From positions 325,748,001 to 325,812,000 of the forward strand of contig OZ024743.1 of the NCBI GenBank assembly GCA_964016885.1: DNA of 64,000 bases, in the 5' to 3' direction. Of this stretch, positions 13,811-26,459 are shown in pieces. Below the pieces are notes generated by a model. The model did no database searches and was not told where the DNA came from. It saw nothing but the letters and a program-made list of their open reading frames with translations. Origin of the DNA: Eledone cirrhosa. Lineage: Eukaryota. Position 1 is the first letter of the stretch. Every line of letters starts with the position of its first letter. The translations under genes were made by a program, and so were the position numbers.

Positions 13811-15019
13811 ATTTCTTAATAATGCATGTTTTTAAATAGTTTTTGCTGAGATAAGTTTTTCATGGTGTAGATTACGATTGTTTTGATAAGATTAAAAGTG
13901 ACCGCAAGGACTGGAGACATGCTGTTCTGGTGAAGACCTGCCTACTGACCCATCCATGACCCTCCCTTTCCACTATCACTCCTTAGTAGTTATTCTCACC
14001 ATCACTGTACACCTCCACTCAATCTCAAGGATCACCAGCCCTTTAAATCCTAACATCCACGCTATATAACTAGTATTAACCCCCACCCAATATCCTGACA
14101 TACTAATCATAACCCCATAATAGCTGTGATCATCTCATCCCTTTCTACTCTTCACCTCTTCACCACACTTACCATACACCCATATTATACTGATCATCTC
14201 TGTTACTCACAGCCTGTTCTACCATTCTCTTCACGGCTCTTTAGTTGAGTCAATGACCAACTACTTCTTGTGCTTGTGCCACGAAAATCACCCAGTACAC
14301 CCTGTTAAGTTGTTGATGATAGGAAGGGCATCCTACTGAAGAAACCATGACAAAAAGGATTGAGAGGATTCTCCAGCTGACAAGGACATAACAACCTCTC
14401 TAATGCTGGTGAGCTACACAATAATTGCACTCAGTATATTCTGTAAAGTGGTTGGTGAAAGGAAGGGTTATCCAGTCTACCAAATAAAGAGTCTGGAGGA
14501 CTCTTCAACTGTGTCAAAGACATGACATCCTCACTAGTGCTGGTTTCATCATAAAATGGTATATAAACAAATATACCGGCCTGTCTGAACACTCGGTAAG
14601 GTGCAGGAGTGTATGTAGGATGGATGCAGGGTCCTGACCCACGGTGGGTCAGGACACTGCACCCATCCTACAGATGATAATGATATATCACAAGCAAATG
14701 TTCAGGTAAAAATAGTTAAGACAACACAGTTTCAAGCTCATTACAGTTCTACAATAAGCCAAATAAGTCAAATCCAGTCATCACAAGTATAATCCATAAA
14801 GATTTGTGAATCAAACTTTGAGTAAACAAATCTGAAAGTTCATATGAATGTAGATGTACAGAACTCATAGATAAGGGAAAAACAACCAAGATGAAAATCT
14901 TATGACATTTTATTCTTCAAACACACCTTTCTTCAAGGATGAGTGGAAAACTATAAGGGAAAAATAAAAGTGGTGAAGTACCTTGCTCAAGTTCCATTAA
15001 TAATAAATAGAAAGATCTA

Positions 15020-15195
15020 TATGAGGTACACTCAAGAGGTTTTGAGACTTTTATCAGAGACATTTATTTAATTCAGATGAACATAAAGCTCTAGTCTCCC
15101 TCAAAGTAGAATCCTCCAGCTTCAATGCACTTGTTGTAGTGCTCCAGTCACTTCTGGAAGCCCCCCCTGTCCATTCATCAGCATTTCACACAGCG
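15020..15195 (-). mobile_element. Mariner (Tc1/mariner) transposon relic: transposase C-terminus plus right terminal inverted repeat
   Basis: The minus strand translates as FQK*LEHYNKCIEAGGFYFEGD*, the typical mariner C-terminus, followed by a TIR-like AAAAGTCTCAAAACCTCTTGAGTGTACCTCATA. Confidence 0.75.
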
Positions 15196-16324
15196 GTTAT
15201 ATATGGGACAAATCACCCAGAAAGCCAACAACAAACAAACTACAACTTCTGCCATGTGCAAATGAACAACAACAAACTCAAACCAATTCTTTCTATCACT
15301 ACTCAATTCACCATCGATTTTGCTACATATCTGCCTTACCATCCTATACTAATAAACTATAAAAATACCATATTTGTAAACAATATATGGTTCTGGCCAT
15401 GTCTCTTGTTTCAGTGACAACATGTGGACTATTATAGAGGCAGAGTGGATACCAAGGCAGTGAAGAAGAACCAGAGGGTGGCCAAAGGCCAGATGACATG
15501 ATGATCTGACCCAATAACTCGGACCCACATTGCCCAATATGACCAGAGGTAGAGGTCAACCAAGGACGGGTTCCTCCAATGGGAGTAAGAAGGCCCTGAA
15601 TTTTCGATTTTGGATATGGAATATTGCCAGTAAAAGTAGCAGTTACCAAAGTACTGTTGATAAAATTTCCAGACAAATTAATATTTAATAAAAATTCTTA
15701 TAGTTTAACAATGACACAACAAGCATCCAAAGGAGATGAGGTAGCATTTGTAACATAATAAAATACACCTAGTTCACCTACAGGACAGTTATGCTAATGC
15801 CATGACAAAAAGCACCCAGTCCACCCTGTATGATAGCTGACATTAACCCTTTAGTTACCAACTCTGCCAAAAACGGCTCTGGTTCTATGAAATAAAACAA
15901 CCCATTCTAAAAGTTTCCAATTTAAATTAAAATTTTCCAACATAATTTTATATAAGAACCTTACATTAAGTTACTATCTTACTAATGAAATAATTAATAA
16001 TTTTAGTAAATCGAAATTCTTCGTTAATTAATTAAAATAGAGTGTACTTCTTTAGAAATGTGGTCATGTAAAGGTTAAGAAAGACATCCAGTTGTAAAGA
16101 GCCAAGCCAAAAGCAGAGCATATCAGCTAGACAAGGGCACCTGACTTGTCTAGCCTCCTAGCCTGACAGTTATCTAATCCATGCAGGCATAGATAACAGA
16201 CATTAAATGGTGGTGATGATGACAAATGACAGTTTACATATGAAAGAATTAAATATTAAATCTTTCTATGATAATGAAGGTTTAGAAGCATTGAAATTAG
16301 AACATTATTATTAATAGAGATAGA

Positions 16325-17070
16325 GCGGTAGAGGGTCGGATGCCATGCTTTGCAGCATAAAGTTACGCCCCTTTACGGTCAAATTCCACTGAGTTAACTT
16401 TGCCTTTCATCCTTATGGGGTCGATAAAATAAAGCACCAGTAATGTACTGGGATAATGCTGGCCTTGTGCCAAAAATAGAAACATTATTATTAATAGACA
16501 TTAATAGACAAGGGCGGTGGATTGGCAGTATCGGTAGAGGGTCGGACGCCATGCTTTGTAGCATAGTTACGTCCCTTTACGATCTGAGTTCAAATCCCGC
16601 TGAGGTTGACTTTGCCTTTCATCCTTACGGGGTCGATAAAATAAAGTACCAGTAATGCACTGGGTAATTGCTGGCCTTGTGCCTAAAGTAGAAATAATTA
16701 TTATTAATAGACATTTACGTTCTGAGTTCAAATCCCACCAAGGTTAGTTTTGCCTTTCATCCTTACAGGGTTGATCAAATAAAATACCAGTAACGCTTGG
16801 GATCGATTTAATCGACTTTCCAATCCCTCAAAAAATGGGTGGCCTTAAGCCAAAAGGAGAAACGATTATTATTAATAGACATTAAGGATTAGCAGTATCG
16901 CTAGAGCGTCAGACACCATGCTTTGCAGCAAAGAGTTATGGCTCTTTAAGTTCTGAGTTCAAATCCCACTGAGGTTAACTTTGCCTCTCATCCTTACGGG
17001 GTCGATAAAATAAAGTACCAGTAATGTACTGGGTATTTACTGGCTTTGTGCCAAAAGTAGAAACAATTAA
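16325..17070 (+). mobile_element. Cluster of ~4 head-to-tail Meta-like SINE copies
   Basis: Repeated GAGTTCAAATCCC..TTTGCCTTTCATCCTTACGGGGTCGATAAAATAAAGTACCAG units separated by ATTATTAATAGACATT. Confidence 0.85.
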
Positions 17071-17451
17071 TTATGAACACTTTTATATTGGGAAAATAAA
17101 AAAAAAAGTAAAAATGAATCATTTGATAATCTCAATTACATTATTAAATTCACAAAGGTATTACTTAAATATGAATACACACAGAGACAGTGAAGATAGA
17201 TATAAGCTATATACTCAGTGTTTGACTTGAGATATGTTGGTGAGTCCTTATGGAGGGGCAGAATCAATAGAATTTTGACTCCTACCATCATATAAATTTT
17301 TGAACCAGTGGCCAATCGGTTGATGGTATTTTGATGACGTGTAGGGATTTCAGTTACTAATGTACTACTGTGTCACCTGTCGCATTCACTGCCATAGGTG
17401 GCACGGACTGGAATCGGATTCTGTTGAGCGATTGATTATTGATTAGGCGAG

Positions 17452-17564
17452 ACCCGCTGATGAAGCCATATGCGATGATTGTGCATTGTTGCATAATAAA
17501 TGCAGACCGTAGATGCTGTATATTCTCTTGCTGCATTAAGTGTGGCTGAAACTGATGTATGGGT
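17452..17564 (+). ncRNA. Type I hammerhead ribozyme with a 70-nt insertion in stem II
   Basis: Stem I ACCCG/TGGGT; core CTGATGA (17457-63); stem II AGCCATA/TGTGGCT; GAAA (17548-51); stem III AC-TGAT-GT; cleavage triplet GUA (after 17559). Confidence 0.75.
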
Positions 17565-18176
17565 ATAGATTAATGGTACCCATTTACATGTGTTGATTTG
17601 AAGCAATTAACTTTGGGTCTACTCTGGGATTTATACATAACTATACCTATTGAGTATGCTGAGAGGCAACTGGTACTAGCAGGGAAACATATGCTAGTCT
17701 TGTCAACTTCTTATTACTCAGGGGTTTACATATATAAGCTTATAATGTCAATATGAAGAATGAAGGGAGTAAGATAAATCTTCAGCAGACTTTATAGTCT
17801 GCTCTATATGGTATGTATTAAATAGAATAATGAATTTTATACAACAAACTTTATCATAAATTTTCTGGATATAAATTTATCTTGTATTTAGAATCATATC
17901 ATAATTATTTGTTGTTTATTGTGTGTGTGGGAGGGAGGGGTGTATATATATATTCTCTTTTCTTCCCCTTTGTTTTCCTTCCCTCCTTGCTCCGTTTTCC
18001 CAATAACTTATCCAGTTATTGACGCCCTGGGGGGAGGTATATTGTCTTTAAAGCGTAGAAATATCCAAGACCCCCAGTAGACAACTGATGAGGACCCCCC
18101 GCCCCTGTTCTTGCTTTCTTTGTATTCCCACTGCATTTTAAGTTACCTTAGATAGCAACTACACAGCCATTTCTAT

Positions 18177-18225
<49 letters not shown>

Positions 18226-19741
18226 CAGGAATTGAACTAATATCATAGAGGTTTCATTGCTGTTGTTAGTCTCAGGTCAGCCATGAACATGCAACAAGCC
18301 TAACACCAAAGACACTCCAGCCATGACGTCCTCTCAAGCACAGCTAACTTTGGAACAGCATCTCAGATGATGGTGTGGTGATGAGCAGGGAGGTAGAGAG
18401 TGATTTGAAGAAAGGAGACTTGGCTGCTACTTTCAGCAGGTCAAGCAACAGTATAGAGGGCTCCCCCAATGGCTCAGTGAGTGTTACAGTAGTGGAACAT
18501 GTAACAGTAACGATAACAGCAGCAGTAACTGTACCAGTAATACATTAAGGGGAGAGGTGAATGTAGTAGTAAGATGTAGCAGCCATTATAACAGTAATAC
18601 ATGGAGGAATTACTGTAGTATTAGCCACAGTATCAGTAATATATGAAGATTTGGGTGACTGTTGTAGTAATATGTTTCATAAGAAATGAAATAAAAACAA
18701 ATGAATGTAATAATAATGATGATGATGATGATGATAACTGTGGTGATTATGTGGGGGAGGGTTTGATATTTGCATAAGTGGCAAGAGAGAGAGAGAGGGC
18801 AGAAAAAAAGAGAAATAGAAGGAGAGAGAGAGGGAGTGGGGCGAGAAAAAGATAATAGATAGTAATATCAATGGAAAGACCAATGGAAGCATTGTTTCAT
18901 TGGTTCAATCTGATGATCGACTTTTTCCTTTCCTTTTTTGTACTACTTCAATCCATCTACTTATCTAATATATTCTAAGGTATTCTAAGGTGGTGGTTGA
19001 CTAGTAACTACAGGTGTTTTTTTCATTCCCTTTCATCCCTTCCACTGTTTTCCTTTATTTTTTGTCTTCTGTTTTCTTCCCTCTCCCAAACATCCTCTCT
19101 TCCCTCTGTATCTCTCTTCCAATGAAGGACTAACATCCAAAACATTAAGATTCTTTTCTAACTTCTTATAAGTGTTATATTGATATACCATTATTGTAGT
19201 GTTTTCTGGTACAGAAGTTCTTTTTCATGATTTTCACTTGTTTTACTTATTTATATAGATAGGTTTACACATGTTGTTTATAAGCCACTGGCAAAACTAA
19301 AAACTCCTTTCTACACTGCCATAATTTTATCAGCAATGATTATACAGAGTCTACAGAGTACAGCTATCAATTGCATCTAGGATTATCTTTATCTGCATTT
19401 AGGTCCTTTAAGATAAAAACAGAATATATTTGCCTAAAAGTATGAAGAGCACATCACACATATCTATTATATTATAGTTGTTGTACATGTCATGTAAAAC
19501 AACTGTCATGATGTTGGAAGGGTATGGCGAGAGAAAGAAAAAGAGAGAAAATAGTGGTGATGTTTTATTAATCATATCCTGGAACAAGTCTTTAGGGATA
19601 GGGGATGGTATGAGTGAGTGTGATGAATTTTATAAATCCTGAATGATCATATTATTTCTAATTAAACCATTGAATTTGCACAGGATCAGCAAGTTTGTTT
19701 GAAATTATTGAATTATTATATATATATATACACAAAATACT

Positions 19742-19776
<35 letters not shown>

Positions 19777-20479
19777 TTTGTATATATATATATAATCCTA
19801 GACCTCATTTGCTTAGCGAGTGGGGTGAGCTCGTCAAATTGGACCGAAGAAACAATATTTCTATTGGTCTTTCCAATTGCTAATACTATCTACTGGTTGC
19901 AAATCCAGGCAGCAGAATCAATGTGATATAAAGTGTCTTGCTTAAGGACATAACAAACTCACAACCTCACAATTGCAAATCCAATTCTATAACCACTCAG
20001 CCACGTGCCTTCACATAGAGATGGTTAAAAGAGTTCCAAGTATTTTATTATGCGCATTTCAAAAACAAATATCATCTGCGTTCTCATCAGATAAAATAGG
20101 GAGACATGATATGAAGCTTAAAAAACACTTGTGAGCAGTGAAGTTTTAAATCAACATATGAAAAATAAACTAAGATGGATATATGAGATTGGGAAAAATG
20201 AGGGGGGAGGGGGTAGGAAAAGGTAAGGAAGAGGAAGAAAGAAAAATATATATTATTTATACTCCAGTCCTACAAACTGTAGAGTGCTACTTATCCGATA
20301 TTTGCATTGCTTTATTGTGCTACAATAAAACTCACCTCCTACATTATCTATATATATCATTATGCTCTATATTTTTCCATAATACATTGAACTTTTTCAC
20401 ACTTGATAATGAACAAGTGATATATCAACTCCTATTCATCTCCTACATATATATGCATATATATATATATATATATAAC

Positions 20480-20708
20480 ATTTTCATTTCATTTTTCATT
20501 TCACATCCACTTTTCCCTGCTTGCAAGGGTGGGACGGGAACTGATTCTGGCTTGATTTCTACAGTTGGATGCCCTTCCTAACACCAACCTCATTTACGGT
20601 GAGTGCTGGGTGCTTTTTTGCCGTGGCACCTCCACGACCACTTTGCAGTGGAATGATAGGGACCCCAGTCCCTATCATCTCATTTCTACAGCTGAGTAAA
20701 CTGGAGCA
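20480..20708 (-). mobile_element. CORE-SINE with RTE-like 3' tail, truncated by the retrozyme-like insertion
   Basis: Near-identical to the copies at 35490-35775 and 46668-46995. Confidence 0.8.
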
Positions 20709-20732
20709 AGAGTTGTAACAACAACGAAACTA

Positions 20733-20782
<50 letters not shown>

Positions 20783-21934
20783 TAGTTTCGTTGTTGTTAC
20801 AACTCATCAGCAATATTTACCTATCTACCGGCCTTTCTGGAGAATCGTAAAAGCACATATCGTTATATGCTTTTTCTATGAAAATTAGTAGTGGGCAGAC
20901 TAATTTGCATAGAGTGTGAGTACGTACCGGTTCAACGGAGACGATAAAAACAAATAACGAAACGAAATTAAATTTCGTTTCGTTTGTAACTCACTTTTGT
21001 ATGACTGACGCTTAAACAATTAAGTTAAAAATGTACATCCATATATGTATACTGAAATACTAGTATGCATATGAATACACACACGTATACATATGTAGAT
21101 GTACCAAGTCTTTCACTGGTTACTTTACTGTGAGTATCCAGCTATTCTGTATGTAAACACACAGACAAACCGGTTTTTAGAGTCATACTGGTTTTTGAGG
21201 AAACACCTTTCCTCTATTCTCCAGAAAGCCAGACAAGGAATATTGAACTAGTTTCGTTGTTGTTACAACTCATCAGCAATATTTACCTATCTACCGGCCT
21301 TTCTGGAGAATCGTAAAAGCACATATCGTTATATGCTTTTTCTATGAAAATTAGTAGTGGGCAGACTAATTTGCATAGAGTGTGAGTACGTACCGGTTCA
21401 ACGGAGACGATAAAAACAAATAACGAAACGAAATTAAATTTCGTTTCGTTTGTAACTCACTTTTGTATGACTGACGCTTAAACAATTAAGTTTAAAATGT
21501 ACATCCATATATGTATACTGAAATACTAGTATGCATATGAATACACACACGTATACATATGTAGATGTACCAAGTCTTTCACTGGTTACTTTACTGTGAG
21601 TATCCAGCTATTCTGTATGTAAACACACAGACAAACCGGTTTTTAGAGTCATACTGGTTTTTGAGGAAACACCTTTCCTCTATTCTCCAGTATGACTCTA
21701 AAAACCGGTTTGTCTGTGTGTTTACATACATAATAGCTGGATACTCACAGTAAAGTAACCAGTGAAAGACTTGGTACATCTACATATGTATACGTGTGTG
21801 TATTCATATGCATACTAGTATTTCAGTATACATATATGGATGTACATTTTTAACTTAATTGTTTAAGCGTCAGTCATACAAAAGTGAGTTACAAACGAAA
21901 CGAAATTTAATTTCGTTTCGTTATTTGTTTTTAT
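20709..21934 (-). mobile_element. Non-autonomous hammerhead-bearing tandem element (non-LTR retrozyme-like), 466-bp unit x ~2, with inverted ends
   Basis: Direct repeat starting at 20781 and 21247; no protein-like ORF; a hammerhead at the unit junction; inverted duplications at both ends (20709-20734 and 21687-21934); flanked by (TA)n. Confidence 0.8.
21239..21283 (-). ncRNA. Minimal type I hammerhead ribozyme, intact
   Basis: Minus strand AATATTG-CTGATGA-GTTG taacaa CAAC-GAAA-CTAG-T-T-CAATATT: 7-bp stem I, 4-bp stem II, palindromic stem III (ACTAGT), GUU triplet. Confidence 0.9.
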
Positions 21935-22011
21935 ATATATATATATATAAAATATTAAAAAAATAATGAATAAAACAATGAAACAGTTCCTTATATTAAA
22001 CAAAAAAAGTT

Positions 22012-22162
22012 CATTATTTAACGATCGTTTCTAGGATATATATGTGTTAGAATTGGCATGCATATTCAACAGATCTATGTACAAAATTATACAAAATTAT
22101 ACAAACTATCAAAATTAAATATACATACCAAACACATATATATGCCGTCTTCAGAAATAATG
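22012..22162 (-). ncRNA. Type I hammerhead with long stem II (mirror copy)
   Basis: Reverse complement of 24270-24420. Confidence 0.7.
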
Positions 22163-22678
22163 AAATATATTTATTGATAATAACAACAATTCAAAATTTC
22201 AGGTCTGTTTGGGAACAGAATTCAAATTGACCAATGAAAATACAAAAAAGTTTATGCAGTTAGGTGTGTGTATATACATGTAATTAACTTCGTTCACAGA
22301 TATGCATAAAGATATGTGTTCACATGCATACGCATGCCAAAAAGATGTATGTAAATACAAAAATTCAAGGCTAATGTCTCTGTAAGTTTATAATCTACAG
22401 ATAAAATGCGTATAGATACATAATTATAAAATAAATATATACACACATTCATATACTCACACATATTCGTACACTCACACAACACACGCGCGTATACGCA
22501 TAAACATACACATAACTACGAACATACATAATTTTACATGTTTTTATGTGTGTATGTGTGTATATATGCGTATATGTAAGTGTGTATGTGTGTGTGAGTA
22601 TATATCTATGTCTATGTATGACTATGTATGTGTGTGTATGTATGTGTGTGTGTATGTATGTATGTGTGTATATGTGTG

Positions 22679-22720
<42 letters not shown>

Positions 22721-22818
22721 TTTATTATATGTTGTGTGTGTGTGTATATATCTTTATATATGTGTATGTGTATGTGTGTGTATGTGTGTGTGTGTATATG
22801 TGTATGTGTGTGTATATG

Positions 22819-23007
<189 letters not shown>

Positions 23008-23017
23008 ATGTGTATGC

Positions 23018-23061
<44 letters not shown>

Positions 23062-23130
23062 GTGGGTATGTATGTGTTTGTGTGTATATATATGAGTGTG
23101 TTTATATATATATATATGTGTGTAGATGTG

Positions 23131-23177
<47 letters not shown>

Positions 23178-23246
23178 GTGTGTATATATATATATATGTA
23201 TATATATGTATATATGTGTGTGTGTATATATATACGTGTGTTGTGA

Positions 23247-23283
<37 letters not shown>

Positions 23284-23576
23284 CGTGTATGTGTATATAT
23301 GTGTAAATATATATATATATATATATGTGTGTGTGTATGTGTGTATATGTCTATGTATTTATATGTGTATATATACGTGTCTCTATATGTATGCGTGTGT
23401 GTATGTGTATGTGTATTTATATGGTATGTGTATGTATATGTATGTGTATGTATGTGTTTGTATATATGTGTATGTATATGTATGTATATGTATGTGTGTG
23501 TATGTGTGTGTATATATATGTGTATGTGTATGTATATGTATGTATATCGATGTATATTTTATATTTTATATGTGTC

Positions 23577-23654
<78 letters not shown>

Positions 23655-24269
23655 CTTGATATATTTCTTTTTTCTTTTTCTTTTTCTTTTTCTTTTTCTT
23701 TCCTTTTATTTCTAAGTTTATAGATACATTTATAAATAGGCAGTCTGCTGACACCGTTGAATACTGACCTCCCCCCCCCCCCACCTAATTTCTGTATCTG
23801 GATCTAGATATGTGTGGCAGTGTTTCTGTGCGTGTATTAATCTCCATATGCTTATGATAATAGTATATACACATATATATGTGTGTGGGGGTGTATGTGT
23901 GTATGTATGTTCGTAGTTATGTGTATGTTTATGCGTATACGCGCGTGTGTTGTGTGAGTGTACGAATATGTGTGAGTATATGAATGTGTGTATATATTTA
24001 TTTTATAATTATGTATCTATACGCATTTTATCTGTAGATTATAAACTTACAGAGACATTAGCCTTGAATTTTTGTATTTACATACATCTTTTTGGCATGC
24101 GTATGCATGTGAACACATATCTTTATGCATATCTGTGAACGAAGTTAATTACATGTATATACACACACCTAACTGCATAAACTTTTTTGTATTTTCATTG
24201 GTCAATTTGAATTCTGTTCCCAAACAGACCTGAAATTTTGAATTGTTGTTATTATCAATAAATATATTT

Positions 24270-24420
24270 CATTATTTCTGAAGACGGCATATATATGTGT
24301 TTGGTATGTATATTTAATTTTGATAGTTTGTATAATTTTGTATAATTTTGTACATAGATCTGTTGAATATGCATGCCAATTCTAACACATATATATCCTA
24401 GAAACGATCGTTAAATAATG
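24270..24420 (+). ncRNA. Type I hammerhead with a 116-nt stem II domain
   Basis: CATTATTT-CTGAAGA-[cggcATATATATGTGTT...AACACATATATATccta]-GAAA-CGATCG-T-T-AAATAATG; stem I extends to 10 bp; palindromic stem III. Confidence 0.72.
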
Positions 24421-24619
24421 AACTTTTTTTGTTTAATATAAGGAACTGTTTCATTGTTTTATTCATTATTTTTTTAATATTTTATCTTGACTCTGTATTC
24501 CGTTTATCTTTCACCGAAAGTGATTTTTCATTGCATCTCTTCTTTCCATGATATCCGGATTACATTGAGTTCTTCATACGGATTGGACACTACCGTAAAC
24601 TCTTGGTAGATTTATCTAC

Positions 24620-24715
<96 letters not shown>

Positions 24716-25993
24716 TCAAAAGATGGTTAAAGGAGTTCCATGTATTTTATTATGCGCATTTCAAAAACAAACATCATCATGCAATAATATTTGTGTTTTC
24801 ATCAGATAAAACAGGAGAACATGATATGAAGGCTAAAAAACACTTGTGGATAGTGCAGTTTTAAATCAACATATGAAAAGTGGTTTTAGATTGATGTGTG
24901 ATATTGGGAAAAATATTTTATTTAGAGAGGGGGGGGTGGAAAGGATGAAAAAGGGGAGGAGATGAGAGTGAAGGTGGAGAGGGAGAGATGGGTGATAGAG
25001 AGAAAGAGATAGTTTTTATAACTGAGAGAAGATATATTGTTTTACATAGAGAGGTTGAAAACCGTTGGAAGATAATGTATAAATTAAAAGAATTTGAAAA
25101 TTAACGAAGGGAAAAATATGTACGAGGAAAAAATATTTTATTTAGGGAGGGGGGGTGGAAAGGATGAAAAAAAGGGGAGGAGATGAGAGTGAAGGTGGAG
25201 AGGGAGAGATGGGTGATAGAGAGAAAGAGATAGTTTTTATAACTGAGAAAAGATATATTGTTTTACATAGAGAGGTTGAGAACCGTTGGAAGATAATGTA
25301 TAAATTAAAAGAATTTGAAAATTAACGAAGGGAAAAATATGTACGAGGAAAGAGAGGGAGTTGATATGTATGAAGATAGAGAGAAAAAATAATAATTGCG
25401 GATGAATATTCTAACGTCAAAAGGGTGTATGTTTATAAGTATTGTGGCAATTTCAAAATTAACGAAGAGAAAAAATTATTAAGGTTTGTGTGTAGAAGGA
25501 TTTGAGAAAAATAATGTGAAGTTAAAGTTTGTATATTGAAGGAATTGATAATATGTGCGAAGAAAGAGTTAATATATATTAAAAAATTATTAAGGTTTGT
25601 GTATTAGTTGATTTGAGAAAAATAATGTGAAGTTAAGGTTTGTATATTGAAGGAATTGATAATATGTGCGAAGAAAGAGTTAATATGTATTAAGAATGAG
25701 TTCGTTGATGGGGAGAAAAAAATAATAAATTAAGGATGAAATTGAGATTAAAAAGTTTTATGATAGAGAGAAAAAATAATAATAATTGCGGATGAATATT
25801 CTAACGTCAAAAAAACAAATGTATATGTTATGAAGGATTTTATAAGGTGAAGATAGAATGAGGGTAATGAGTAAACAAGTATTATAGAGTGTATAATGCC
25901 CTTTGAAGTAAGGTAGGAAGATGGGTATATTTTAAAGAGGTGTATGTATATGTGCCTTTGAGAAAAGATTCTAAATTGATAAAGAATTGAATA

Positions 25994-26440
25994 TTAGCTG
26001 TATACTTTGTGAAAAGTCCTATGGAATTTATGCAGGCAGATAGAAAACAAATCTGTACGTCTATTTATTATAGAATCTAGATTAGAGATAATGGTAAATT
26101 TTTCATTTAGGCAGAGATTACAGATTTTAGATAGAGAGCTGTTCAAGTATGAGGACGCAGAAGAAACCTTCTTCCAAAAGGTGGTATATTTAATGTTTTT
26201 GTCTTTCAAGGACCATATGAGTTCTGAGAGAGCCGTGTTGGTTCTTTTAAGTTTGTATTTAAAAGGTGAATGATGATTATAGAGACGAGCTTTAAAAGAG
26301 GTGGAAATGGAGCCAAAATAGGTGAAGGAATTGGTGCTAGTTATAACTTTACATTCATAAATTAAGTTTTTATCAAGACAATGGTTGTTGAGAGGACATT
26401 TATTGTTAATGCGGCAGTTGCAATTAGAGAGATTATTAAT
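25994..26440 (-). mobile_element. Degraded PLE GIY-YIG endonuclease fragment, inverted relative to the adjacent copy
   Basis: The minus strand gives CNCRINNKCPLNNHCLDKNLIYECKV..TYFGSISTSFKARLYNH, then a frameshift to ..CNLCLNEKFTI..NRRTDLFSICLH. Confidence 0.8.
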
Positions 26441-26459
26441 GATTATTAATGATTATAAT

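Noticed and set aside
15344-15676. 110-aa minus-strand ORF in moderately GC-rich sequence
   Set aside because: No recognisable domain or splice-consistent partner exons; likely an old repeat fragment.
18080-18110. CTGATGAGGAC hammerhead-like start
   Set aside because: No matching stem II partner plus GAAA downstream.
21565-21779. Pairs of identical short ORFs on opposite strands (here and 22294/23947)
   Set aside because: By-products of inverted repeats, with no protein features.
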